Shown here: positions 17,895 through 27,808 of the stretch, piece after piece
Position numbering within the stretch: position 1 is the stretch's first letter
Layout: the number at the start of each line of letters is the position of its first letter
DNA from: Escherichia phage fjerdesal
Direction: 5' to 3' (one strand)
Length of the DNA stretch: 64,000 nucleotides
Sequence record: MN850605.1
Translations under genes and position numbers: made by a program
Notes under the pieces: model-generated
The model's input: only the letters and a program-made list of their open reading frames with translations
The model's database searches: none
What the model was told of the DNA's origin: nothing

Positions 17895-19676
17895 TTAAAG
17901 CTGCTTGTCAATATTATTTCGAATATCACCAAGAGTTGTGTAACCGTACTGCTCAGAGTCGCTAAAGACTAAACGTAAAGCACAAGCTGGATGTTCAAGT
18001 GCATCTGCAAAGCTCTGGAATCCATAGCCATCTACAGCTTTCAAATTCTCACCATCCCACATAGGTGCTACACCACCAAAGGCAGATTTCTTAACACCAC
18101 TATCTGTTTTAGGGTCTTTTGCAAGCATAATCTCTTTGCCACCAATGCTTGCAAGAGTTGCTTTGACAGCAAATGCAAAGGTGTCACGAGTCATGTACTG
18201 GTAAGTGTAAGAGCCTACACCAAACACCACGTTAGAGCTTGCAAACCCCATTTCATACAGACGCTTTAGGATTTCGTTTGCACGTTCCAACGTGATAGAG
18301 TCACCATAGATAAGTCCAATGTGCTCATCCAGTACCTTAAAACCTTTAGAGTTGATAGTTCCTCCAAAGATGTTATACAATGTCTTAATAGCTCCATCAA
18401 TCTCTGCTACAGGGCGTGTTACAACGTTTGCAGAGCCAACCATATAAGCGTTCTTCAACATCACTGTGTCAGCAACTTCAAAGTCTTCTCTGTCAACAAC
18501 CATTTCGTAGCCTTCTGACAGTAGCCATCCAGCAATACCATAGCTGACGTTTTCAAGCTTCATGTTCAGAACAGCATTCAGCATTGTGTCACTGGCTTCC
18601 AGCTTACTAAGGTGCTCATAATAAGCCTTTTTAGCGCACTCTAAGTGGATTGCTTTATAACCTGTGACAATGTGTACAGGGTCTCCAGAGTCAGGACGAA
18701 TTACCAGTTTGCCATCACGTTCCATAATTTCTTTACGGAGTGCTGGTAAGATTTCTGACACAGTTCTCCAGAAGTTATAAGTATCTGAAACAATACTTGC
18801 AATACCCGTTGGGTAAGTTTCTGTTAAGAAACGACGGAAGGTTTGTAACTCACCTTTAAAGCGTCTTTCTTCTTCAATCAACTCATTGCCACCTTCCCAA
18901 GCAATGTTTGCACACATTACAGAGTGCTCAGTGGCTGGTACAGAGCTACCAATATCAGAGATTGGGTAGGACTGTCCATAGATTCGTTTAGCCGTATACA
19001 CAGCAGGGAAGCTATCAGTTCCTTTAAAGCTGGTTAAGTGACCTACAGCGTTAAATGCGTCATCAGTAAAGCCGGACATACCACGCATAGCAAAATCATG
19101 GCACTGATAAGGTAAATGTAAGTCATTGTCACAAGTAAGGTCAGCCCACTTCTTACAGATGCGTTTGTAATGCAATGCAATAGTTGCAATGGTGCAAGCC
19201 TTCCAAATTTCAGCAGAGAAAGCATCTTCCAGATAACCTGCTACCCAATGAAAACCTGAAACAGTGTTCTGAAAGACAATCATCGGGACACGCATTGGAA
19301 CAACTGTGCCTTCTTCTACAGCGTATACTTCAACTGGTAGATAACCTAAGTCGTGAAGTGCTTCCCAATGCTCTCGACCGATAGCATCTTTACCCAGAAC
19401 ACCATTCATGACTTCTAAGATTTCATCAATGGCTTCTTTTTTATCACGTTCAAAGAAAGTGGCATTCCAGTGGTCTATCAAGTAATCTTTAACAAAACGT
19501 TGAATACCAAAAGCCACTACACCGTCAATTGCTAAAGGGCTGTTAAACCATTTATCACTACGTGGTGTTAGGTTGAACATCAAGTACTCTGTTGCGCTAG
19601 GATACTGGTAAACATGACCAGATTTGTAAGCATCTGCATTTAAACCTGCTGGTACTGCATAAAGTGATTTAGTCAT
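17895..19676 (-). CDS. nadV: nicotinamide phosphoribosyltransferase (NAMPT)
   Basis: DAYKSGHVYQYP, HDFAMRGMSG...FKGTDS, VPATEHSV, SIVSDTYNFW, IRPDSGDPV match NAMPT signature blocks. Confidence 0.85.
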   Translation of the reverse strand: MTKSLYAVPAGLNADAYKSGHVYQYPSATEYLMFNLTPRSDKWFNSPLAIDGVVAFGIQRFVKDYLIDHWNATFFERDKKEAIDEILEVMNGVLGKDAIGREHWEALHDLGYLPVEVYAVEEGTVVPMRVPMIVFQNTVSGFHWVAGYLEDAFSAEIWKACTIATIALHYKRICKKWADLTCDNDLHLPYQCHDFAMRGMSGFTDDAFNAVGHLTSFKGTDSFPAVYTAKRIYGQSYPISDIGSSVPATEHSVMCANIAWEGGNELIEEERRFKGELQTFRRFLTETYPTGIASIVSDTYNFWRTVSEILPALRKEIMERDGKLVIRPDSGDPVHIVTGYKAIHLECAKKAYYEHLSKLEASDTMLNAVLNMKLENVSYGIAGWLLSEGYEMVVDREDFEVADTVMLKNAYMVGSANVVTRPVAEIDGAIKTLYNIFGGTINSKGFKVLDEHIGLIYGDSITLERANEILKRLYEMGFASSNVVFGVGSYTYQYMTRDTFAFAVKATLASIGGKEIMLAKDPKTDSGVKKSAFGGVAPMWDGENLKAVDGYGFQSFADALEHPACALRLVFSDSEQYGYTTLGDIRNNIDKQL

Positions 19677-19696
19677 CTTTTAATCTCTCTCAAAAT

Positions 19697-19712
19697 GGGG
19701 CTTGGAAGCCCC
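19697..19712 (-). terminator. intercistronic hairpin GGGGCTTGGAAGCCCC
   Basis: seen in sequence between prs and NAMPT. Confidence 0.45.
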
Positions 19713-19721
19713 TATAAAGTT

Positions 19722-20618
19722 TTAATCAAGGTTTGCTACAGTAACTTGGCTATAATGTGTTAAGCCACGGTCTTTAGCTTCTCCTAAAGAGTTTGTAGTG
19801 TAGATATGGTCAATACCATTGTCAAGCAAGTTTTCAACATCTTTAGAGAAGATACCATGTGTTACATAGAGTTCCACACGTTTTGCACCTGCTTCACGAA
19901 GATGCTTAGCTGCTTCTATGAAGGTTCGACCACCATCACAGATATCATCCAGAATCATGACTGTTTTATCTGTCAAATCAACATCATCAAGGATTCGCAT
20001 ACCAGTAATTTCACCAGTCTTAAGGTTACGCACCTTAGACATTGTGATATATGGTTTATCCACCTCTTTAGCGGTCTCTGCAACCTTCTTAGCAGCACCT
20101 GCATCTGGGGCTACTAAGTAATCAACCAGTGGGTCATTTGCATAGTGGACTGCAATCTCCTTTTGAGGAATACTCTGGAAGCAGTTAAACAGGTTATCTG
20201 GAACGTAACTGTGAGGGTCAACTGCACAGACTGCACCAAACCCCATTGCATTTATCTGTTTAGCAAAAACCTTTAAAGCTGCTGCGTCGCCTTTAAACAT
20301 GTGACGGTCATAACGTGCATTTGGTAAGTAGTAAAAGATGACAGTCTTTAAAGCATAATCATGAGGAATTAAATCATCAATTGCTTCTTTAGCAAGTGCC
20401 ACAGCAAACAATGTATCCTTATCATAACCTTTTACAATCATAATCACATTGTTGATGGATGATGCTGCATAAGCAGTGAAATCAACAAACTCTGGCGAAA
20501 AGTGTCCACCAATCTCACCAGAAGGAAATTGGATGATGTTAAACTCATCTTCATGAGTTCCTTTAGTTGGTGAATGAACTGTAACACGGATAGATGTTTT
20601 CATAGTTTTCTCTCTCAA
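19722..20618 (-). CDS. prs: ribose-phosphate pyrophosphokinase (PRPP synthetase)
   Basis: FPSGEIGG, YLPNARYDR, VAPDAGAAK, PRPP-binding VMILDDICDGGRTF, AGAKRVELYVTHGIFS parallel bacterial Prs blocks. Confidence 0.75.
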   Translation of the reverse strand: MREKTMKTSIRVTVHSPTKGTHEDEFNIIQFPSGEIGGHFSPEFVDFTAYAASSINNVIMIVKGYDKDTLFAVALAKEAIDDLIPHDYALKTVIFYYLPNARYDRHMFKGDAAALKVFAKQINAMGFGAVCAVDPHSYVPDNLFNCFQSIPQKEIAVHYANDPLVDYLVAPDAGAAKKVAETAKEVDKPYITMSKVRNLKTGEITGMRILDDVDLTDKTVMILDDICDGGRTFIEAAKHLREAGAKRVELYVTHGIFSKDVENLLDNGIDHIYTTNSLGEAKDRGLTHYSQVTVANLD

Positions 20619-20893
20619 TCAAAAGTTACGTTTGTTACTGCCATTGCAGATTTGCATTTTGCAGGGTCTACAACGTGATAAAGTACACTACAGTTACCTG
20701 TGCTGTCTGGTACAGGTTTAACCCATTGTTGCTTGACAGTTGGTTCGCCTAAGTCTTTGTAAGAACCATCTGTAAAGTTGTTTACCATCTCAAGTGCAAT
20801 TGGCTCTGGAACATGACCACGTATCATGTACATTTCACAACCATTACCTCCTTCACTGACTAATGGTAAAATCTCCCACTTTTCTTTAGCCAT
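20615..20893 (-). CDS. hypothetical protein
   Basis: ORF. Confidence 0.4.
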   Translation of the reverse strand: MAKEKWEILPLVSEGGNGCEMYMIRGHVPEPIALEMVNNFTDGSYKDLGEPTVKQQWVKPVPDSTGNCSVLYHVVDPAKCKSAMAVTNVTFD

Positions 20894-21401
20894 TATAAGT
20901 TGCCCTATAAACTGTCTCGAACTTCAACAGGAGAGATATTGCCAAATCTGTATAGTTGTTGTCAAGCACATCTGGCATATTATTTTTGATATATCTCTCT
21001 TGCTCTTCATAGGTCATCTTAGGGGCACTTAAAAGGCTATCTCCTTGCTTCTGGTTATCAGCTTTAGTCTGAATAAACCAGTTTGCACAGTGATGTTCAC
21101 CACCTTTTGTAACAGGTTTGTGGTGGCCTAATGTGAAGGATTGACTGCCTGTGTATCTGCAAAGTTTATTGAGTACTGTAATGGTGTTCTTCACAACAAA
21201 ACATTCATACAGGTTGTCTATGGTGTAGTATGGATAATATCGAAATAATGCTCTTTCACGAGTACTCTCACGATTCCAGAGAATCATGTGATTGGAGTTG
21301 GAAGGGTCGTATTGGTGGGAGTCAATGAACTCTTGACGTTCCTCAAAACTGAGTCTTAACACTGACATTGCAGCAGAACGTTTCAGATTTGACAGATACA
21401 T
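20886..21401 (-). CDS. hypothetical protein
   Basis: ORF. Confidence 0.4.
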   Translation of the reverse strand: MYLSNLKRSAAMSVLRLSFEERQEFIDSHQYDPSNSNHMILWNRESTRERALFRYYPYYTIDNLYECFVVKNTITVLNKLCRYTGSQSFTLGHHKPVTKGGEHHCANWFIQTKADNQKQGDSLLSAPKMTYEEQERYIKNNMPDVLDNNYTDLAISLLLKFETVYRATYNG

Positions 21402-21420
21402 ATTATCTCCAAAATAAAAA

Positions 21421-21439
21421 GGGAACCTTTACAGTTCCC
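21421..21439 (-). terminator. hairpin GGGAAC-CTTTACA-GTTCCC with T-run on the minus strand
   Basis: seen in sequence. Confidence 0.5.
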
Positions 21440-21452
21440 TTATAGTATCTGC

Positions 21453-21773
21453 TTACTGAGCTACTTTCAAGATTCTTGTGAATGGAATTTCACTTTCTTC
21501 CATTAACTCTTTAGTTTCTTTGGTAACTTTCACAAAGTTATCTAGGCAGATAATCTTCTTATCTTTCTTACTATAGGTTAATTTAACCTTTTCAATATCT
21601 TTCTCAGAGCTTTTCTCTTCATTGAAGAGTTTTACAGCCTCTTTGAATGGGAGATATGAGCCATCATTATCACTAATGAATCCTGTACCACAATAGTAGG
21701 AGTTATGCTCTCTAGCCATAAACTGGCACAGTAAGAAAATCTGTAATTTACGAGTGTTATAAACTTTGCTCAT
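21453..21773 (-). CDS. hypothetical protein
   Basis: ORF. Confidence 0.4.
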   Translation of the reverse strand: MSKVYNTRKLQIFLLCQFMAREHNSYYCGTGFISDNDGSYLPFKEAVKLFNEEKSSEKDIEKVKLTYSKKDKKIICLDNFVKVTKETKELMEESEIPFTRILKVAQ

Positions 21774-21775
21774 GA

Positions 21776-22060
21776 TTATTTAGCCTTCTTATTACGTTTA
21801 CGGTTACGAGCTTTCTTAGCTGCTCGTTTAATAGCTGCTGCACCAGACGGACGGTGGGCTTGTTTCTTACCACCTTTGCCACGGCCTACATAGATGTAAG
21901 GCTGCTGTTCAATTTGGCTTGTAATAACCTGTGCAACCGCTGAAGCATCTACACCGACCTGCTTTCCAGTCATAGAAACAATTGCTGCTGCTTTTGCCAG
22001 TGCCTTCAAGAATCCAGCTTTCATATTACCTAAAATTCCCATTTTTAGTCTCTCTCTCAT
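21776..22060 (-). CDS. hypothetical protein with very basic C-terminus
   Basis: ORF; K/R-rich tail. Confidence 0.4.
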   Translation of the reverse strand: MRERLKMGILGNMKAGFLKALAKAAAIVSMTGKQVGVDASAVAQVITSQIEQQPYIYVGRGKGGKKQAHRPSGAAAIKRAAKKARNRKRNKKAK

Positions 22061-22140
22061 TAAAGTTTAATACAGGGCTTATGAAGTTCTTCTTCAGTGA
22101 TACCAATTGGAGTTATACCTTAGTCCATTTGCCAGAATAA

Positions 22141-22626
22141 TCACTCTGCTCTCCACTGGCAATCACCTTGCCACCCATACTCTTTTCTCCAGAGGTTTTG
22201 GTTATCAGAACCACGATATGGTTTAACTGTTGGTTTAGATGAATCATACTTACCATCAATCACCACGTCAACATATTTCATCACATCAAGGTGAATTTTT
22301 TCATGTAACTGAAAACCTGTCCATAGCCAGATAGATTTCTCTGGATAGATTGATTTAACCTTCTGACAAATCTTAGTGACTTCTCCAATGTTACGGTCAT
22401 CCAATGGTTCTCCACCGAGGATAGACAGCCCACTTAAAGAGTCATCTTCCAAAAGTCTTAGAATGCCATAAAGGTTTGCATAAGTGAACTCTTTACCAGC
22501 ATTAAACTTCCAAGACTCCCTGTTAAAGCAACCTTCACAGTGATGTTTGCAGCCAGCTACGAAGAGACTTACACGGACCCCTTCACCATTAGCTGTGTCA
22601 AATGGCCTAATCTCCATGTAATTCAT
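22141..22626 (-). CDS. nrdG: anaerobic ribonucleotide reductase activating protein (radical SAM)
   Basis: CKHHCEGC (Cx3Cx2C); start moved to ATG at 22626 (MNYMEIRPF) 8 nt after GGAGG; next to nrdD. Confidence 0.75.
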   Translation of the reverse strand: MNYMEIRPFDTANGEGVRVSLFVAGCKHHCEGCFNRESWKFNAGKEFTYANLYGILRLLEDDSLSGLSILGGEPLDDRNIGEVTKICQKVKSIYPEKSIWLWTGFQLHEKIHLDVMKYVDVVIDGKYDSSKPTVKPYRGSDNQNLWRKEYGWQGDCQWRAE

Positions 22627-22748
22627 TAGTTTAACCTCCAAATCAAAGGGTTTGGTAATCCAATTACTGACGCTACTAATGTATATACAAATGCCACCAT
22701 TAAGAAAATGACAAACGCACCTATAACCCTATACATTCACAAATTACC

Positions 22749-23048
22749 TCACCAATACATATAAGTGTTCTTAGCGGCTTTCTTTGGAGACTTGCTATCA
22801 ATATCAAAATCTTCATCTAAGAAGGATGTCTTAGAAAGCTGCCTTATTTGTGTTCTTGTAAGACGTTTAGTGGCCTTCTTAATCTCTCTACAAGGCTGAC
22901 TTGTAAAGTCATAAGAGCCACCTTTTCTGGACATCATATCAGAATGGAAGTAGACATCTGAAGCATTTTCTCTGTTACGTACCTCATTCCTCCACTCATA
23001 GAGTCCGTGAACGTTCTTTAAACCTTTTCTTCGAATTGTTTTACTCAT
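22749..23048 (-). CDS. hypothetical protein
   Basis: ORF. Confidence 0.4.
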   Translation of the reverse strand: MSKTIRRKGLKNVHGLYEWRNEVRNRENASDVYFHSDMMSRKGGSYDFTSQPCREIKKATKRLTRTQIRQLSKTSFLDEDFDIDSKSPKKAAKNTYMYW

Positions 23049-23440
23049 TCAAACACCACCTGACAAGGAACCTGTTTAGTAATAAACTCTTCACAATGCT
23101 CTTTAATGAAGTTTTGTAATGGTACACAGTCTTGTGCACAAGTCATTAGCATAATGTACTCTGGATTCATAATATTTTCAAGACTGTAGAAGACAACATC
23201 GTCAGATAGCTCGTGACCATCTTCTTCAGACCAAGTTCCAGTGACTACAGCTAATTTGTCAAGTAATTCATTAGGCAAAGCTACACCATCTTCTACGGAA
23301 TCACTCAGAACATTGTCGCCAATATACAATGTGAAGGTCGTATGGAATGTTGAATATCTTACGTGATTCTTTTCGCAAGAGCCACACTCTGAGGCATAAT
23401 CTTTAATCCACTCTAACTGTTTTTTGTTCAACTTAATCAT
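23045..23440 (-). CDS. hypothetical protein
   Basis: ORF. Confidence 0.4.
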   Translation of the reverse strand: MIKLNKKQLEWIKDYASECGSCEKNHVRYSTFHTTFTLYIGDNVLSDSVEDGVALPNELLDKLAVVTGTWSEEDGHELSDDVVFYSLENIMNPEYIMLMTCAQDCVPLQNFIKEHCEEFITKQVPCQVVFE

Positions 23441-23637
23441 AATTTCACCTTAGTTGGCAATGCACTGAATGCTATGACTAACCCTAAAAATGGTTTGAAG
23501 CATGACCATAAATCCATCTGACCCTGATATGCGAAACTCCATTGTGGGTCTGAAAAACCCCATACCATAACACTAACCCCAAAGAAGAAGATTAGAATGT
23601 GGAGAATGTATATCAACGCTTTTGATATTTTAAACAT
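23437..23637 (-). CDS. small membrane protein
   Basis: two hydrophobic segments. Confidence 0.35.
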   Translation of the reverse strand: MFKISKALIYILHILIFFFGVSVMVWGFSDPQWSFAYQGQMDLWSCFKPFLGLVIAFSALPTKVKL

Positions 23638-23791
23638 TTTAACTTGCCTCTTAATTCACAATAAGAGAGTCCTAAAAAGAACCCTAGTAAGACAGAACCT
23701 ATGAACAACCCAATAATACTCTCTGCCATATCTAACATCCAATAAAAAAGGTGATGTAAGCCTATCAAGACTCACATCACCATGTCAAGTT

Positions 23792-25936
23792 TTACATAGA
23801 AACTCTGTCACGAATCTCAGCGATTTTTGCATCGTTCATTCGGGATTCACCTTTAATCTTAGTCCATCCAAGATACCCACACACCCTGTTAATCACAGAG
23901 ATATCATGTGAGTGACAAACTTCACACTCTTCAATATCTGATTTTGGTCTGTTACCACAATGCTCACAGATTGCTAAGTCAAAGTTAAGTCCCTGATAGA
24001 AACCTTTCAACATCCCTCTTGTAATACAACTTTTAAGTGCTGATAAGTTTTCTGGGTTAGCTACTCTTACATACTGGATTCTACCGCCTCTACAGATATG
24101 GAAGAATGGTTCTTCTAAGTCCTGCTTCTCAAATGGTGAGATGTCTGCTGCAACATTCATATGGAAACTGTTTGTAAAGTATTCCTTATCAGAAACGCCT
24201 TTGATAACGCCAAACATATCTCTGAACTGTTTTAGTTGAGTTCCGCAAAGTGATTCTGCTGGAGTACCATAGACGGCATATAAGAAGCCATCTTCATTTT
24301 TAAACTCTTCGGTTTTCATGTTGATGTATGCCAGAACATCATATGCAAAACTATAGCTTCCAACTTCATGAAGTCGTTTACCTTCAGCAAGAACAGACAA
24401 CTCATCAAGCGCAGTAACACCAAAAGAAGCTGTGAAGGACTTCACAATATCCCAACCAACCTTGTCAGTAGGTTTCTTAGTTCCTTTGTACAGACCACCT
24501 TGTGTGAATGCAAGAGGGTTAGAACTTGCTGGCATATTAGCAATCATTTCGTAGCGTTTCTTATGGAAACTACGAATCATCTCTAGGTACTTATCAAGCT
24601 CTTTCCAGAAATCTAAACCATTCTCTTTAGAATACTGGTAAATCATTGGTAAGTTCAAAGATACAGCACCAATGTTAGCACGACCAACGTAGAACTCTTC
24701 TCCACCCTCATTAAGATATGGAGATAAGAAAGCTCTACAACCCATCGGTGAAATTACCTTACCAGAACGCTCAAAAGCCTCTGCTACAGCACCATGACCA
24801 GACACACTTAAGAAATCTGGGTACATTGCTTTAGAGCAACACTCAATAGCTTTACTGTACAGTTGACCTTGACAGATATTCTCATCATGTCTCTTCTGGT
24901 CATAAATATAAACCAGTTTAGGGAATACAACAGGTTTTTTGCTCTTGCCTTGTCCATTCATACGAACATCTAGGAGAGTACTTGCAATCATGTATTGGAG
25001 TCGATTATCCTCATTAGACATATCTGAGTCAAGTAAACCAAATGTTAAAGTTGTGAATGCAAAATCACCACGGCTACAAGGTACGGTATTTAGTTTCATC
25101 TCAAGTGACTGAAAACCTTGAGTCAGTTCAATTTGTAACTGCTCCATTACATAATTGTGGTAATGCTCTTTAGGAATACCATAAGATGATGCTTTCTCAG
25201 CATGATAGCGTAGAGACTTCTTAGCATACGGTACAAGTACCTTATCAATCTCTGCTAAAGTAAAACCACCAAATTGCTGTGCAGTTGCTGAAAGTACTAC
25301 GTCACCAATAACCTGCAACGCTGACAGTACAGATTTAGGTTCACAGTACTCAATGCCGGACATTTCAAAGCCACCTTTTAGTACTTTACCAATGTCAAAC
25401 AGGCAACAGTTAATACCACCAAAAATCAGGTCTCTCAAATCGTGGATATAGATAAAGCCTTTCTCAATGGCTTCAAGTTCCTCTGGTGTTAGATGATACT
25501 GTTTAAAGATTTCTTTAGTCAGGTAACCACGGATAATTGAACCTTTCGTAGAAATTAAACTGCTGTCAAAGTTAGCATTTTCACGGTCACCTAAGAAGAG
25601 TGTGTCTCTAGTCTTTTGGTAAAGTTCATCCCAATTTTGAGCAACCTCTTTACGGTAATTTCTGTATGTTGAGTAAGACTCGTAAATCTCGTGATTAACT
25701 TCTGCCAAAGCACCCTCAACAATACTGTGAATATCATTTACTGAAATGAGCAAATTATTCTGCTTAGTGGACTTTACCAGAATCCTCATGAATGCTGACT
25801 CAAGAGCTTGGGTAACATCTGGTGGCAGTTCTTTATATCCAACCCTGTTAGCTGACTTTGTTACTGCCGCTAAAACTTTTTTGATATCAGGTTCTTCAAG
25901 TGAGCCATTCTTTTTAATAATCTGTACTTTGTTCAT
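23792..25936 (-). CDS. nrdD: anaerobic ribonucleoside-triphosphate reductase (class III)
   Basis: C-terminal glycyl-radical motif RVCGYLG and Zn ribbon CEHCG...CEVC; size; adjacent nrdG. Confidence 0.9.
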   Translation of the reverse strand: MNKVQIIKKNGSLEEPDIKKVLAAVTKSANRVGYKELPPDVTQALESAFMRILVKSTKQNNLLISVNDIHSIVEGALAEVNHEIYESYSTYRNYRKEVAQNWDELYQKTRDTLFLGDRENANFDSSLISTKGSIIRGYLTKEIFKQYHLTPEELEAIEKGFIYIHDLRDLIFGGINCCLFDIGKVLKGGFEMSGIEYCEPKSVLSALQVIGDVVLSATAQQFGGFTLAEIDKVLVPYAKKSLRYHAEKASSYGIPKEHYHNYVMEQLQIELTQGFQSLEMKLNTVPCSRGDFAFTTLTFGLLDSDMSNEDNRLQYMIASTLLDVRMNGQGKSKKPVVFPKLVYIYDQKRHDENICQGQLYSKAIECCSKAMYPDFLSVSGHGAVAEAFERSGKVISPMGCRAFLSPYLNEGGEEFYVGRANIGAVSLNLPMIYQYSKENGLDFWKELDKYLEMIRSFHKKRYEMIANMPASSNPLAFTQGGLYKGTKKPTDKVGWDIVKSFTASFGVTALDELSVLAEGKRLHEVGSYSFAYDVLAYINMKTEEFKNEDGFLYAVYGTPAESLCGTQLKQFRDMFGVIKGVSDKEYFTNSFHMNVAADISPFEKQDLEEPFFHICRGGRIQYVRVANPENLSALKSCITRGMLKGFYQGLNFDLAICEHCGNRPKSDIEECEVCHSHDISVINRVCGYLGWTKIKGESRMNDAKIAEIRDRVSM

Positions 25937-25960
25937 TATTGCCCCTTTACATGCTAAAAA

Positions 25961-25976
25961 GGTCTCCGAAGAGACC
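25961..25976. terminator. hairpin GGTCTC-CGAA-GAGACC flanked by A5 and T3
   Basis: seen in sequence. Confidence 0.5.
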
Positions 25977-25984
25977 CTTTCATT

Positions 25985-26191
25985 TTAAATCTTTTTAGAA
26001 AACTTCGAAACGAGTTTTCTTAGTTTTTCAGTGATGCCTAACTGTATCTCTAATATTTCAAAGATAACCCATAGTAACATGGCCCCAAACAATGAACCTT
26101 GTTCAAAATCAGTAAATAGGTTAACAATCAGCATACCAATCACAATAGCTGGTGCATCAACAACCAAACCTTCCCAAATGCGTTTAAGCAT
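25985..26191 (-). CDS. small membrane protein
   Basis: two hydrophobic segments. Confidence 0.35.
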   Translation of the reverse strand: MLKRIWEGLVVDAPAIVIGMLIVNLFTDFEQGSLFGAMLLWVIFEILEIQLGITEKLRKLVSKFSKKI

Positions 26192-26426
26192 TATTCACCT
26201 CTGCCATAAAATTCTGTAGCGTCCCAACAGGCCTTAGGTTTTGTCCATCAGTTTTCATGATGAATGGCATCTGACGAACTGGCATCTGTGCAATATCCAT
26301 CAGGTCTGACAGTTCATAATCCTGCCCTAACATTCTCACAACATGGTCAATACCACGAGCTTTTGCAAAATTCTTTGCAGTCTCACACTGAGGGCATCCA
26401 GTTTTGGAGTAAATCACATAAGTCAT
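26184..26426 (-). CDS. glutaredoxin/thioredoxin-like redoxin (likely RNR hydrogen donor)
   Basis: N-terminal CPQC active site in an 80-aa protein; immediately precedes nrdB. Confidence 0.65.
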   Translation of the reverse strand: MTYVIYSKTGCPQCETAKNFAKARGIDHVVRMLGQDYELSDLMDIAQMPVRQMPFIMKTDGQNLRPVGTLQNFMAEVNNA

Positions 26427-27499
26427 TAAGGAACCTCTAAAAATCCACTATTCAAATCATCTACAACAGTATTCAATAGGTACGCACCGTTCTGTTGCTC
26501 CTGATTAGCATTCTGCTCTTTATCAATTTCCATCTTCTTAATCATGTACTTCAAAGGTGGTTCTTTAGGAGCTACAAAATCTCTGGGAATGCCAAACATA
26601 TCATACAGTGGGGCAGCATTATAGTAAACCCACTCATGAAGAAGCTTTGTATTTAAGCCAACTACAGCACGTCCTTCGGAGAAGATATAATACGACCATT
26701 TCTCTTCACTTTCAACTACTTCATCTAAGATTACTTTAATCTCTGGAAGAATTTGTTGAAAAGCTTTCTGCCACTCATCATCTCTTAAAGTTTCTTTTAA
26801 AACTTCAATATCAATTTTAGTGTGAAGGATTTCATCAAGCATAATCTTCTGCACAGCTTGAGCAATACCCTGAAATTTATCTTGAGCATCAAGTGCAAAA
26901 GTACATGCAAAGGATGCCATAAAAGATATACCTTCAAGTGCAGTCACTGCAAATAGCCCTTTCAGAATCACTTTATGGAAGTGTAAAGGGTCTTTGTCCA
27001 GAAGTGAATCACGCACATAACTCAGACGATAGTTTATACCTTCATCCAGTAATTCTTCAAGAACACGATTCACAGTTTTTAATCGGTCTTGCACAGCAAC
27101 ATTCTGGTTAATCTCATCTAAGATTGTTTCAGGGTTTTTAATACATTGCCTTACAATCTCTGAGTAAGTAAGGGCATGTAGGTTTTCAATCTCAGACTGC
27201 TTCATAATTGCAGTTGCATAGATGTCATCAGAGATAAATGGTGCAAAGGCAAATGCCAAGCTCTTAGCAACTTGAGTATCCGCTTCCCATTGCCACTTAA
27301 GAATCTCAAGCATTACACCTGACATTGATGCTGGGACACTCTCAAAATCAAGACGTGATTGTTCAAAAGGGAACTCATCTTCTGACCAGTCTTGTGCTTT
27401 TTGTTGTTTATAAAGTTCAAAGATTTTTGGGTAGTGCTTGTTAAGTGAGTCAAAAGTTTTTCTCTCGCCACCTAAAAAGATTGGGTGCTGGTTAATCAT
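26426..27499 (-). CDS. nrdB: ribonucleotide reductase class Ia beta subunit
   Basis: size and position next to nrdA; start moved to ATG at 27499 (MINQHP) after AGGAGA. Confidence 0.8.
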   Translation of the reverse strand: MINQHPIFLGGERKTFDSLNKHYPKIFELYKQQKAQDWSEDEFPFEQSRLDFESVPASMSGVMLEILKWQWEADTQVAKSLAFAFAPFISDDIYATAIMKQSEIENLHALTYSEIVRQCIKNPETILDEINQNVAVQDRLKTVNRVLEELLDEGINYRLSYVRDSLLDKDPLHFHKVILKGLFAVTALEGISFMASFACTFALDAQDKFQGIAQAVQKIMLDEILHTKIDIEVLKETLRDDEWQKAFQQILPEIKVILDEVVESEEKWSYYIFSEGRAVVGLNTKLLHEWVYYNAAPLYDMFGIPRDFVAPKEPPLKYMIKKMEIDKEQNANQEQQNGAYLLNTVVDDLNSGFLEVP

Positions 27500-27753
27500 A
27501 GTGTGATTTCTCCTTTCTTTATCATTTCTAAGGCTTGTTTTCTGTCTAAAACTTCCCAATTTTCTTTGTTAAACATCTCATAAGGTCTTGCGTAGATTTT
27601 ACCATCTGCTGTAGAGATGTAAGAGGCTCCAGTGACCCATAAGTCATCATTCTGCTTTATCATGATACCTGTGCTACTCACATAGTACAATGTTTTGCGG
27701 GGTTTGTAGAGCAAGTATATTGGTCGCTCATGTTTTTCTATTAAATCTTTCAT
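27496..27753 (-). CDS. hypothetical protein between nrdA and nrdB
   Basis: ORF 27496-27837 trimmed to ATG at 27753 after GGAGAG. Confidence 0.35.
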   Translation of the reverse strand: MKDLIEKHERPIYLLYKPRKTLYYVSSTGIMIKQNDDLWVTGASYISTADGKIYARPYEMFNKENWEVLDRKQALEMIKKGEITL

Positions 27754-27808
27754 GGTCTCTCCAAAGTTATTTTTAGAGGGTCTTTTACGACCCTCATAGT
27801 TGTTAAAA

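Noticed and set aside
22626-22736. 36-aa hydrophobic mini-ORF overlapping the nrdG start
   Set aside because: Below any reasonable length threshold, no SD of its own; noted only as a possible micro-membrane peptide.
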